Below are positions 11,363 through 23,673 of a stretch of DNA of 64,000 nt, in pieces (positions within the stretch are counted from its first letter, which is position 1; each line of letters begins with the position of its first letter). The position numbers and the translations under genes are program-made. The notes under the pieces were generated by a model. It saw nothing but the letters and a program-made list of their open reading frames with translations, had not been told where the DNA came from and ran no database searches. The stretch is taken from positions 248,001 through 312,000 of the forward strand of contig NW_026262709.1 of assembly GCF_021869535.1 (NCBI RefSeq). Direction: 5' to 3'. Source of the DNA: Mytilus californianus (lineage: Eukaryota).

Positions 11363-11715
11363 CCCCAAGGGTTACTGGGGAATAGAAGTATGGTCACCAA
11401 TGGTCCGTCCGACCGGCAGTAAAACCCTTGCGAAAGTGGGGCGTCCGTTTGGCTGTGCGGGATTTACAAATTTGCAGCCACGTCCGGTCAGAATGGGGAC
11501 GTTAAATCCGATGCCTCGTGTAAACAGAGTGCCACGCTCTTTGCACGTTAAGAACCCTTGCAACAACTCTTTGAGGGGTCCGTAGGTGACCTGTTGTAAG
11601 GCTAAATTTCTGTCCCTATCCAATATACCCTCATTTCCCGTGGCAGTAAATTTCTCCGAACTTAATCCCGAAAACCCCTATTACAGAACCTAACTGTTGT
11701 ATGTATTGTTATTTC
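11363..11715 (+). mobile_element. S1 SINE-like copy 6 (tail lost, internal indels)
   Basis: Starts CCCCAAGGGTTACTGGGG; homologous through the core. Confidence 0.85.
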
Positions 11716-11884
11716 ATCCAACTCCTCTCAAAAGACGCTACGTTTGGGATCATTACCAGACCCTCGATCGTGAATCTTTGCAGCCTTGTATTTGGATTTC
11801 AAATTTTATAACTTCCTCTCACATTTGCTTAAGTCATAGTTATATCCATTTTCTTTCATAGATGTAGCTATCTCTTTCCAATCT

Positions 11885-12190
11885 ATAGATATAAGAAGAT
11901 GTGGTATGAGTGCCAATGAGACAACTCTCCATCCAAGTCACAATTTGTAAAAGTAAACCATTATAGGTCACAGTACGGTCTTCAACACGGAGCCTTGGCT
12001 CACACCGAACAGCAAGTCATAAAGGTCCCCAAAATGACTAGTGTGAAACCATTCAAACGGGAAAACCACGGGTCTAATCTATATAAAAAACGAGAAACAC
12101 TTATGAAGCACATCAACAAACGACAACTACTGAACCTCAGATTCCGGACTTAGGACAGGTGCAAACAAATGCAGTGGTTTTTTTTTCAAA
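11885..12190 (+). repeat. Interspersed repeat family A (AGAAGATGTGGTATGAGTGCCAATGAGACAACTC...)
   Basis: Further copies or fragments at ~23787-24002, 42890-43080, 47250-47610, 49640-49990, 51960-52230, 56470-56830 and 59225-59630. Confidence 0.75.
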
Positions 12191-12230
12191 CGTGGGTTGC
12201 TAAACTTTCCATTTTGTTTTGGTACAATTC

Positions 12231-12384
12231 AAGTAGCTTTAAAACAGAATCACGTCCCCATTTCCACCTTAATCTGATTGGAAGTAGCTTTAAAACAGAA
12301 TCACGTCCCCATTTTCCACCTTAATCTGATTGGAAGTAGCTTTAAAACAGAATCACGTCCCCATTGTCCACCTTAATCTGATTG
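12231..12384. repeat. Tandem repeat, 3 x ~51 bp
   Basis: AAGTAGCTTTAAAACAGAATCACGTCCCCATT(T)CCACCTTAATCTGATTGG repeated three times. Confidence 0.9.
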
Positions 12385-12869
12385 GGCTGTAAAAATCAAT
12401 ATTAGATCCAATGAAAATGAGTAAAGGAATTAATTGATTTTTTTGTAATTATCAACTGCATATAGAGGCTCGATTGAGCCTACAGTACAATAAGAGACAT
12501 GCTATGATTGAACCTACAGGAAGAAGGTGTTAAAATGTCAAACCGCTGTGATGAGAAGTTGCTGAGAATTTTCAAAAATATAAAGTCGAAAAAAAACCAA
12601 AGTCTTTGGTTACCAGGAAGTTGTCGTCGCATTGTTCCGAAAATAGATCCCACCATATGGCAGACATACAGGAATATTGTGTGTGTGAGTTGTTGCTTTC
12701 ACGTAAACAAACCCACGAACAAGGGTAAAACAGTATACCCCTTCTACTTCTGAGCGGGGTATAATAATATTTTTCAAACACTATTATGTAACCAAGTGTA
12801 ATAATACTAACAAGCTGGCTGAAATGCTTCTGCTTTGGGAGTACCGGTAGTCTCTTCATCACTCAGAAA

Positions 12870-13112
12870 GTGGCCTCGATGGCCGAGTGGTCTAAGTAGT
12901 TACTACTGTAATCACTAGCCAGTCAACACCGAGGTAGTGAGTTCGAACGCCGCTCGTGCCGGTGCACTCGACTCCAATCTTAATTGACTAGGATTGTCAG
13001 TTTTCCTATCGATGATCGGTGGGTTTCTCCGGGCACTCCGGCTTCCTCCACTAATAAAACTAGACGCCACGCAGTGCTTAAAAGTGGCGCTGAAAACCAA
13101 CAAAAAAAGTGT
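12870..13112 (+). mobile_element. tRNA-headed SINE with V-type core
   Basis: A box TGGCCGAGTGG (12880), B box GAGTTCGAAC (12939), core GGGTTTCTCCGGGCACTCCGGCTTCCTCCAC; second copy on minus at 47617-47879. Confidence 0.8.
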
Positions 13113-13199
13113 AGAAAGAATACAAAATATTTATTACTAACAAATATATGTATAAAAATATGTATGTTTGAATATTTGATAGACCGGGGATAAAATGTT

Positions 13200-14800
13200 T
13201 TACCAGTTCCAGGGAGATAAACAACCAGATAACCAATGGAATGAAAAGAGCATATCAGGGACACTACGATAGCATAAGTGTCAAAATATCCGTCCTACGT
13301 GTAATAGTTGAATGGACGGAGAACCCCCTCTGATCACTCAAACCTTTGCAAAACAACAGTCTCCCCGATTTTGATATGCAAACAACCTTAATCATGTGTA
13401 CTGCGGAGATGACACCTCCCTTCTGATACCAGAAGTGGAGGGGTTTCCTTTTGATGACAAGAGTGAATCCTAGGAAATTATTTAATACCCTCCACTATAG
13501 AGCCGGTAGAGATATGTACCAGAGGGGGACAGTTCCAAGTCTGTTTTTAGGGTCTCATCATTTCCCATGCACCGCTAAATAATTTCTGCGCTCATTTGTC
13601 TTTTGGGAAAACCTTTAGTAACACTGAGTACGAATGTTTCAATAGTGCCTGAATGTTGTGACAGGTGTGTGCCGTCATGTCTGAATAAATTCGACTCTGA
13701 GGCTTAGATGGTTGGATACATTATACATGTTATAATGTATCGACCTTCTTTCTCCATAATCCCCAAGGGTGACTGGGGAATGAAGTATGGTCACCATTGG
13801 TCTTCCTCCGACCGGCGGTAAAACCCTCGTCAAAGTGGGGCGTCCGTTTGGCTGTGCGGGATGTACAAATTTGCAGGCACGTCCGGTCAGAATGGGGACG
13901 TTAAATCCGATGCCTCGTGTAAAGAGAGTGCCACGCTCTTTGCACGTTAAGAACCCTTGTAACAACTCTTTGAAGGGTCCGTGGGTGACCTGTTGCAAGG
14001 CTAAATTTCTGTCCCTATCCAATATACCCTCATTTCCCGTGGCAGTCTAAATTTCTCCGACCTTTATCCCTTAATCTATTACAGGACCTACCTATTGTAT
14101 TTATTGTGAACTTGTTCTCGTCCTGAATATGCATGAAATATTTGCCACTGGACGTTAAGCAACCAACAATCAATCAATCAATCTTCCTCCATAAACGATC
14201 TTACAGCACAGTTGACTCTTTTTTTTTTTTGGGCTATTTCTACTTACTTTGACCTTAATGTTCCATGCTAATAGGGCCTTGGTAATATATCTAACGATAT
14301 GATTTAAATGTCAGCTGCGGAAATTTTCATTCTTAAAAATGAGCATTTGATGTTCTCGATTAAATCTGTTGACTTCATAAGCACCAAATCATTTGCACCT
14401 AGATGTACAAAGATATAATTAGGGGCTGGCCACTTTTTTATTTCACTTTCAAAAGATAAATCCAGATCTTTCCATTTCATTCCTGATTTGTTATCTATTT
14501 AATTTGTACTCCTAGCCTGTTCATATTAAGAATTTTCCCATCAGAATGGCTAGCAGCTGTTACATCAGCACAGTTGACTGATATAATGTTGTAGGCATAA
14601 GTTTAGTTCTGTTCTATATGTACATTTAAACAAAAATGTATTTTCAACAAGGAATTTTTATTAAGTGCTCAAACGCAACTGACGATCACCTACCTTTCCC
14701 ACTTTTTAATAGCTTCGTCATTAATACCACGATTGCTCGGCAACATTACCATTTTATAAATACCCAGCAATGCCAGCAATGCTTTACCACTGACGAAGCC
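13200..14800 (-). pseudogene. Degenerate DIRS/Ngaro-like (tyrosine recombinase) retrotransposon relic
   Basis: Minus-strand fragments: GINDEAIKKW (YR C-terminus-like, ~14700), HLGANDL (14385-14405) and HDGTHLS (13659-13679) of an SGNH-like ORF; many stops; interrupted by S1 copy 7. Confidence 0.5.
13761..14183 (+). mobile_element. S1 SINE-like copy 7
   Basis: Full length; imperfect TSD sharing CTCCATAA. Confidence 0.9.
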
Positions 14801-14836
14801 TTTTTTTTTTTATCACGGACTGTTTAATTATAATAA

Positions 14837-15225
14837 CCCCAAGGGTGACTGGGGGATAGAAGTATGGTCACCATTGGTCTTCCTTCGACCGGCAGTAAAA
14901 CCCTTGCTAAAGTGGGGCGTCCGTTTGCCTGTGCAGGATGTACGAATTTGCAACCCCGTGAAAAGAGAGTGCCACGCTCTTTGCACGTTAAGAACCCTTG
15001 TAACAACTCTTTGAGGGGTCCGTAGGTGACCTGTTGCAAGTCTAAATTTCTGTCCCTATCCAATATACCCTCGTTTCTCGTGGCAGTCTAAATTTCTCCG
15101 ACCTTGACCCCGGACGCACCTATTACAGAACCTACTTATTGTGTTTATTGTTAATTTGTTCTCGTCCTGAATATGATTGAAATATTTGCCACTGGACGTT
15201 AAGCAACCAACAATCAATCAATCAA
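14837..15225 (+). mobile_element. S1 SINE-like copy 8 (internal deletion)
   Basis: 13-bp TSD TTTAATTATAATA at 14823-14835 and 15226-15238. Confidence 0.9.
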
Positions 15226-15245
15226 TTTAATTATAATAGTTATAT

Positions 15246-15667
15246 CCCCAAGGGTGACTGGGGAATAGAAGTATGGTCACCATTGGTCTTCCTCCGACCG
15301 GCGGTAAAACCCTCGTCAAAGTGGGGCGTCCATTTGGCTGTGCGTGATGTACAAATTTGCAGCCACGTCCGGTCAGAATGGGGACGTTAAATCCGATGCC
15401 TCGTGTAAAGAGAGTACCACGCTCTTTGCACGTTAAGAACCCTTGTAACAACTCTTTGAGGGGTCCGTAGGTGACCTGTTGCAAGGCTAAATTTTTGTCC
15501 CTATCCAATATACCCTCATTTCCCGTGGCAGTCTAAATTTCTTCGACCTTAATCCCTTAACCTATTACAGACCCTACCTATTGTATTTATTGTGAACTTG
15601 TTCTCGTCCTGAATATGCATGAAATATTTGCCACTGGACGTTAAGCAACCAACAATCAATCAATCAA
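15246..15667 (+). mobile_element. S1 SINE-like copy 9
   Basis: 13-bp TSD TATAATAGTTATA at 15232-15244 and 15668-15680. Confidence 0.9.
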
Positions 15668-16023
15668 TATAATAGTTATAAATTTTTGATCCCCATCAAT
15701 TGATACAAAATCCAGGGTAAGATGGAGTTTTTAATGTTTTGCAGCAATGTATTGACACATCTCATCTTTCTGGAATTTGACGTGTTAATAACTGTTCAAT
15801 GATCTTGTTCATTTTGCGTCCGCTGAATTGGCCATTATTTTGAGAATTAAAGAGATATGGAAATGTGGAATTTGTCAAAGAGACAACAATCCGACTATAA
15901 AGCAGACAACAGCCGAAGGCCACCAATCGGTCGTCAATGCAGCGAGAAAATCCCGCACCCGAGGTGCTATACGTCGTATCTCGGTATTTTATACATCCAA
16001 CATTTATGCATTAATTTATTTAT

Positions 16024-16446
16024 GATTGATTGATTGTTGGTTGCTTAACGTCCAGTGGCAAATATTTCATGCATATTCAGGACGAGAACAAATTAACAAT
16101 AAATACAGTAGGTAGGTTCTGTAATAGAGGCGTATGGGGTTGAGGTCGGAGAAATTTAGACTGCCACGGGAAATGAGGGTATATTGGATAGGGACAGAAA
16201 TTTAGCCTTGCAACAGGCCACCTACGGACCCCTCAAAGAGTTGTTGCAAGGGTTCTTAACGTGCAAAGAGCGTGGCACTCTCTTTACACGAGGCATCGGA
16301 TTTAACGTCCCCATTCTGACCGGACGTGGCTGCAAATTTGTACATCCCGCACAGCCAAACGGACGCCCCACTTTGACGAGGGTTTTACCGCCGGTCGGAG
16401 GAAGACCAATGGTGACCATACTTCTATTCCCCAGTCACCCTTGGGG
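16024..16446 (-). mobile_element. S1 SINE-like copy 10
   Basis: 13-bp TSD ATTTATTTATGAT at 16014-16026 and 16450-16462. Confidence 0.9.
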
Positions 16447-18024
16447 AAGATTTATTTATGATGTTTCTGTTGTGATTGCGGTTGAATAATGTGTAATGTC
16501 TTACCGTTTGTGGTGAAAAATCTGTACTTTCGGTACATTTCACATATGCCTTATATGTCAGTATAGTCGAGTTAATTTCCATTTTCCATTGATAAAGTAT
16601 TGTGTTATAGTGTGTGCTAACATTTTGTGAGGCAATTCGATGTTTGCTATACCATGGTTCATTTCAACGCAGTTTATGACATTTCCACTATACCAATCAA
16701 ATGTGTGCAGTGTTTTAAGAAATTATTTTACGTTGTATCCATGTATTATTTGTGAAACATTAAATAAATTAAAAGAGCGTATTTTCTGTATAAAGTCAAT
16801 AATTTTGTAGACTTTTGAAGCCCAAACTTTCTTTTTCCTTAAAGCGAAAACTATACTAATACAGAACGACGTGTTTTTAGAAATAAAGCAAAACTCTTGG
16901 TTGACAAATTTGTATTTGTTATTGCTAAAAATTTACTTAACGTATTTGTCATTTTCTCCCTACCCATTTTACCCCTATTACTTATTATGATGTGGACCGG
17001 CCATTGATATTGAACTTACGCAATTTGATTTAATTTTTTTTTTGATACACGAATATTGATTAAATCAGAACATGCATGAATGTACACAATAACTTAAATG
17101 TCTATGAAAGGTACATATGAAACAACCGCCACTTCTTATATTTTCACAAAATTTTCCATTTTATAAGAGTTGATGAATTATTTTTGAATAGCCTATACTG
17201 GAGAAAAGTTTAAAAATCTGATGTTTTATTCCATTGAACAAGTCATTTTTCGAAGAGAATTGCCGATTAACATTTACGCCAGGTATAATTATTGTTTTTC
17301 CTAACAAAAAAAAATCATTTTTCAGTCTCATTATAACATTATAATTACAATTAATCCCAAACAAAAGAAGACAGTAAGGAAAGTAAAATATATGTCCTAT
17401 CTGCCTATTTTTGGACATTAAAACTTAAATCAATCGTTTGAAGGTCAATTTCGTCTACCTCACAAAATCTTGTTCGGCACTATAATCCAAATAACTATGA
17501 CGTCGTCGCAGTATTTATTTCAAATAGCATTTGAAAACCGTCATAATTCACTAGTGGTAAGCGAATGGTCGTAACGTAAAGTATCGGTTAGTTAAAGATG
17601 ATAGACGACTCTAGAGATAAGTTTTTCTTTTCCGATTTTTGTGGACTACAAGTAAAAATTGATACATGTACATAAAATAGTCATTCAAAAATTCGAGCAT
17701 GATGGCCGTAACTTGAATATAAATTTGGTCGTAACCGACAAGAGATGGTCGTTACTTTGGGAAGATGATTGTTACTTAAGTATTGAGACAAACTTTTAGT
17801 ATTTTAAAATTACTGTGCACATAACCATGTTAATAAAATCATATGTCATACTGCAAATAACATTTTTTTTTTACTCTGATTATGCTAGGCATACATTAAG
17901 TTTAAAACTAGGTTATGAAGCTCCTTTTTCAAGATATTTGGTTTCATAAAAAAAGGCGCGAAAAGGCCGACACGGACTTTTACCATATATTTCCATTGGT
18001 ATTATTTGGGTCTCAACAAAAAAA

Positions 18025-18124
18025 NNNNNNNNNNNNNNNNNNNNNNNNNNNNNNNNNNNNNNNNNNNNNNNNNNNNNNNNNNNNNNNNNNNNNNNNNNNN
18101 NNNNNNNNNNNNNNNNNNNNNNNN
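18025..18124. other. Assembly gap (100 N)
   Basis: Run of N. Confidence 1.
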
Positions 18125-18571
18125 NTTTAGCAGAACATGTATGTAATAAAAATACAAGTGAAACTTTTAGTTTCAAAGGTGAGACATTTTTCAATTTTAT
18201 CATGGCTGAAGGCCGTACGGTTGCCTATAAGTGCTTACATCCACTTCATTTGAACTTTGGTGGAAATTATACCACATCTCCTTATTTTTATATTGAAGTA
18301 TAAATTGTCTAATAACTAGACGTTGCTTCTGTTAAATTAACACGTTTGTGATTTTCAGAATTAAATTGTGTTGTATTTTAAATGCTTAACCTTCTTTGTT
18401 TTTGCTCACAAGATGGGATGAAGTATTTGATTTTCACTTGACACATATTATATCATGACAGCCTTTAAAAAAATATTTCGTTAGATTGACCTGCAATCTT
18501 TAAAAAAGTTGTTTCAGATATATAGAATTTATCAGATAATACATCAATTTTAATCATTGAGCATGGCTTAC

Positions 18572-18661
18572 CACTGCAAGTAGAATAATCACAAACTAAA
18601 CAGAAATTAAAATCATATGTGCTACACTCGTTTGGACAATCAGCTGGGTAAGATGGACATC
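18572..18661 (-). CDS. Mucin/antistasin-like gene, exon 7 (Cys-rich module; gene 3' end not found)
   Basis: TTTTAG|GA TGT...AGT G|GTAAGC; GCPSYPADCPNECSTYDFNFCLVCDYSTCSG; 90 nt, phase 1-1. Confidence 0.7.
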
Positions 18662-19280
18662 CTAAAATAAAAAAGCAAACAAAAAATATAAAATTTATGT
18701 CTTTCTATGAGGGTCTAGAGGGGGGTCTTCAATTCTGTATTATTTATTTTTTAAGACATTTTTTCTTCATAAATTTTGCCCATTTTTTCTATTCTTTATT
18801 TTTTTTGCCTATTTTCTGTAGTGTTGTCCCATTATTCCCTACTCTGTATACACTTCCATCCAGACCCTCTTCTATCATATAACACTGCACCATGTTTCGT
18901 CAAATATTCATACCTGAAAGTCCCATCCGTTCATATTTTTGAATCGAATATTAATGATGAGTCTTGCGTAGACAAAACGTTCATCTGACGTACCAAAATA
19001 AAAAGCCTTTTTAAAAGAGTTTTTACAAGATTATAAAGTACCATCAATAGTATTTTAGCACTCTAAATTAATGTCTAATAAGACTAACATTATGTTTATA
19101 TATTTTTTTTTTTTACAAAATCGAATTATATAATCAAGACACATACATGTCTTTTATGTTATCGGTTATTGTCTCAAACTAAGTTTTCATAAGACAAGTA
19201 TATAAATGCTAAAAGTTTGTATCAGACAATAACCTAAAATCTCGTTGTATTAATAACAGTATTGCATATCACAATCTTAC

Positions 19281-20636
19281 CACCGAGAGCTGTTGTAGTT
19301 GTTGGTAAAACAGTTGGTGTTGTTGTTGCTTTAGTAGTTGTCGTCATTGAACTTGTTGTTGAATTATCTGTGGTTGTTTCTACACTGTATGGTGAAGTGG
19401 ATGTAACATTCTGTGTAGTGATTGTACTAATCGATGATGGAAGGGGTGCTCCTTTTGTTATTGGCTTAATACTAGTGACCTTCTTTTGAGAAAAAGTAGT
19501 TTTCTTTTGAGTCGGTACTACAGTACTAGGAGTTGTAGCTATAGTCTTAGCTGTTGTCACTGGAACCTGCATAGAAGTTGTTATCTGTGTGGTAGTGGTT
19601 GGAGCCTGTGTGGTAGTGGTTGTAGCATGTGTGGTAGTAGTTGTAGCCCGTGTTGTAGTAGTTGGAGCTTGTGTTGTAGTAGTTGGAGCTTGTGTTGTAG
19701 TTGTTGGAGCCTGTGTGGTAGTGGTTGTAGCCTGTGTGGTTGTAGTTGGAGCCCGTGTTGTAGTAGTTGGAGCCTGTGTTGTTGTAGTTGGAACTGGTGT
19801 GGATGTAGTTGGAGCCTGTGTTGTAGTAGTTGTAGCTTGTGTGGTTGTTGTTGGAGCCTGTGTCGTAGTAGTTGGAGCTTGTGTTGTAGTGGTTGGAGCC
19901 TGTGTGGTAGTGGTTGGAGCCTGTGTGGTTGTAGTTGGAGCCCGTGTTGTAGTAGTTGGAGCCTGTGTTGTTGTAGTTGGAACTGGTGTGGTTGTAGTTG
20001 GAGCCTGTGTTGTAGTAGTTGTAGCTTGTGTGGTTGTTGTTGGAGCCTGTGTTGTAGTAGTTGGAGTTTGCGTTGTAGTAGTTGGAGTCTGTGTTGTAGT
20101 AGTTGGAGCCTGTGTTATAGTAGTTGGAGACTGTGTTGTAGTAGTTTGAGCTTGTGTGGTTGTAGTTGGAGCCTGTGTTGTAGTAGTTGGAGCTTGTGTT
20201 GTAGTAGTTGGAGCCTGTGTTGTAGTAGTTGGAGCCTGTGTGGTTGTAGTTGGTACCTGTGTGGAAGTGGATGGAGACTGTGAGGTAGTGGTTGTAGCCT
20301 GTGTAGATGTAGTTGTAGCTCGTATTGTAGTAGTTGGAGCTTGTGTGGTTGTAGTTGGAGCCTTTGTTGTAGTAGTTGGAGCCTGTTTGGTTGTAGTTGC
20401 AACCTGTGTTGTAGTAGTTGGAGCCTGTGTTGAAGTAGTTGGAGCCCGTGTCGTTGTAGTTATAGCCTGTGTGGTTGTAGTTGGAGCTTGTGTGGTTGTA
20501 GTTGGAATCTGTGTGGTTGTAGTTGGAGCCTGTGTGGTAGTGGTTGGAGCCTGTGATGTTGTAGTTGAAGCCGGTGTGGTTGTAGTTGAAGCCAGTGTTG
20601 TAGTTGTTGGAGCCTGTGTCGATGGTGCTTTACCTG
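19281..20636 (-). CDS. Mucin/antistasin-like gene, exon 6 (Thr-rich PTS domain, ~49 x APTTTTQ-like heptads)
   Basis: Polypyrimidine + TAG|CAG| tandem acceptor at 20639-20634; donor G|GTAAGA at 19280; 1356 nt, phase 1-1; 21-nt repeat over ~19586-20622. Confidence 0.8.
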
Positions 20637-21526
20637 CTAAAAAAGAAGATGAAAATCTAGTTGTAGTGTTTTAAATGCTCTTTTACCTTTGACGCGAAGG
20701 TAGTTAACACACATGAGTTTTTAGTGTTACTATACAGTAAATACCATTCATTAGAATACTCAGTGACATTATACAATCTTATCAAAACAGTACACATATT
20801 TCTGTATTTTGTAATTTTAAATACAATTATTATCATCTGTAAAAGCAATTTAATATTTAAATTACTAGGTGTTTGTTTAGGGGGGGTTTTAGGTTAATTT
20901 TCCCTTTGTAGCATCTTCTGAAATATTTTTAAAAGCATATTCAATCATAATGGATTCTTTTTAGCAAGTATTAAAGCTATTTCACCTTAGTCTAAGATAT
21001 TATGAAGTGTTGATATGTAATACTGTGTCAAGTGTAATAGTAACACGTTGTATGCTATTAAATTCATAAAAAGGGTAACAGATGATGAATGATACTAAAC
21101 GAATGAATGAAAATATTATTGCAGGAGCAAACATAATAAAATAGCAAAATAACATAATATATATGGTGCCAATAATGACAGTGAACAGTGTACAACATAA
21201 CAAAGTTACAACAAGCCTAGAAATATAACTGTTATGCAATTATAAATTTGTTATCTTAGCTTCCATGATGAGAATAATAAATTATAGATTCCATGCGCCC
21301 AAAGCGCTTTTCTGGATTAACCTTCATCATAAACACTCAAACTGAAACATTTGATTGCCAGTGATGTATAAATAGGTAGAAACCTTTAATGCGTTAGTAT
21401 ATTATCAAAAGGGGCCCAAAGAAAATAGCAAAATTAAACTAATGTCAACCATGCCCGAGGGAGTTGAATAATTGTTTGAAAGTACGAAAGACTACACCAA
21501 CCAACAACATTTGACTTGTTGTTTAC

Positions 21527-21643
21527 CTTTATTACAGTCACAGGTTGGACATCCACTTGTAGGATCCACGCACATCTTAAATGGACACTTGGACATATCA
21601 AGCTTGGGACAGTTAGTTCCACCTTGTCCGGTTCCTTTATAAG
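21527..21643 (-). CDS. Mucin/antistasin-like gene, exon 5 (antistasin-like module)
   Basis: AYKGTGQGGTNCPKLDMSKCPFKMCVDPTSGCPTCDCNKG; 117 nt, phase 1-1, AG/GT borders. Confidence 0.75.
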
Positions 21644-22460
21644 CTTCAAATTTAAACAGAAACATTGTTTTAACTTTACAGTAACAAAACCAAAAACTAG
21701 TATATGTATTATAGAATGAGTAATAAAGATAAAATATACCGTGTATTCTCTGTCTTAAAAAAACTGTAAGAAATGAATGGTTTGAAAAATACTCATTTTA
21801 ACATTTACTCTACCAACAATAAGGGACTTCGTTAATCAGATTATGTCACAAGAAAAGGCAAGAAATGAACATTATTTTCTACCTATCTATAACCGAAGCG
21901 ATCAAGATATACAGATGACTTTTGTTATATACATTGTGCTGACTTATGGGTGTTTTGATTTGTTATGTTGTCTTGTTGCTGTCTCATTGACGCATGCCCA
22001 ATGTCTCTTTTTTACAAATAGGATTAAAAAAACTGTGTTATTTTCTTCTTCAACTTACGCTTGCTTTGACCATTGCCTGTCTGATTGCATATTTGACATC
22101 CCTGGGAATCAATTGTTATACCAGTGAAACAGTTAACAGGAGAGGGATTACATACTGTGGAAAACATGCATAATTGGTTAACACACGATTAACATTCGTA
22201 TTGAACATAGTATGATAAAACAGTAATTAAATTGTCTCAAAGTGTCAAATATTATACAGTGTTTCTGTATTTACTCCTGACCGCTAATTAAACTAATGTG
22301 ATCTTTCAGAATTTTCAATATTGTTAAAGTCTGCAGTTATCCGTTTGTCAAAGGAGACACATGTGGTATTAATCTAACATGCATACTGAATCCATGTTTG
22401 TTCTTTGAATAAATAATATTTTATAATTTATACTATTTGTTAATTTGAATAAAAACATAC

Positions 22461-22676
22461 GATGTCCTGATGACGATGACTGTTGTGAACTGGTTTTTGA
22501 ACCTGGTGTATTTGTAGTTACTGCCTGTTGTGTAGCACCTTGGGTCTTTGGTCCAGACTGCGGTGATCCAGTTAATTGTTGAGGTCCAGTCTGAGGGGAT
22601 TGAGTAGGATTCCTATTTCCACCCAAACCACCTGGTACAAAATTGCCAAAAGGATTCGGTTTTTGCTGCTGTCCAC
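22461..22676 (-). CDS. Mucin/antistasin-like gene, exon 4 (G/Q/P/S-rich)
   Basis: TTTCAG|GTGGACAG...C|GTATGT; GGQQQKPNPFGNFVPGGLGG...; 216 nt, phase 1-1. Confidence 0.75.
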
Positions 22677-22997
22677 CTGAAATACTGTTTTGGATGAGAT
22701 TTTTCGTAATAATTTTAAGCGCAAGTCTAAGTTTTCTCCCTTATAACTACAGTTAAGAGTTGAGAATACCGGCTACAGAGCACGAAATGCACGACTGACA
22801 TCTTTTTTCAATTAAAATGAAATAATGCTTAATAGTTTTGATTTAACTTTATCAGTAAATATAGAAATACTATATATAAATATCAAAACTACTAGTTACT
22901 CAATTGAGACTGGATGTATAACTTGTTTTTTTCTAAAATGGTTGAATACTTGTAGTACGTTTGGTTGATGCATATACATTCATTATTCTAAAAATAC

Positions 22998-23111
22998 CCG
23001 TCTGTTGTATAGCACCTTGGGACTGTGATCCAGATTGTTGTGGTCCAGGAGATTGATTAGGATTACCACCCAAACCACCTGGGGAGAAACTATTTGGTTG
23101 CTGCTGTCCAC
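22998..23111 (-). CDS. Mucin/antistasin-like gene, exon 3 (G/Q/P-rich, paralogue of exon 4)
   Basis: TTTCAG|GTGGACAG...G|GTATTT; GGQQQPNSFSPGGLGGNPNQSPGPQQSGSQSQGAIQQTG; 114 nt, phase 1-1. Confidence 0.75.
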
Positions 23112-23673
23112 CTGAAATACTGTTCATGATTAGATTTCTCGAGACAATATACTGCTGTAAACTATAGTTTAAAGTTTACAAAATTTCTGACCTCAGTGCT
23201 TCACAGTTGCATAAGTTACGTCAACATGAAGCAATAACTGTTTGCGAGGCAAAAAGTAGTAAAAGTTCTCTGAAATCCGTGACGTAACTGCAAATTCACA
23301 TGTTACAAATGTATGTTCTCTCCATAAGAAGGAGTCAACTCGTTCTCACTTTCATCAATATAAGTATTAGTTCATCTTGAGAAATTCTTATATCAAGGTC
23401 GAAGATGATTAACGACCACTTGTAACGTTGGATTTTCCAGTAGTTAGTGCAGGTTGATAACTTTTAGTGATAATAATCGATCCAGTGTAAGCCGTGTGTT
23501 AAACTTCACCCCCTTCTCAAGAAAAAATACTCACAAAAAACACCAAAAATAGAAATACAAACGATTGTTTGCATTCAGCTAAGGTTTTATTTTATTGTTA
23601 TATGTTCTCGTATAACAAACGTCAGTTTATCAATATTTTCGATTGTGTATAAAAATAATTGTGACAAACAAAC

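Noticed and set aside
12231-12384. CRISPR-like array
   Set aside because: The units are contiguous with no unique spacers, the context is eukaryotic, and there are no cas genes.
12870-12960. tRNA gene
   Set aside because: A and B boxes are present but continue into a SINE core and tail, and a second copy has a TSD.
19486-20674. Cys-rich (CCSSWSL)n, Val-rich (VVVVGAC)n and (LQLQPHR)n ORFs
   Set aside because: These are shadow frames of the 21-nt Thr-rich repeat; only the Thr frame has matching splice sites and phases.
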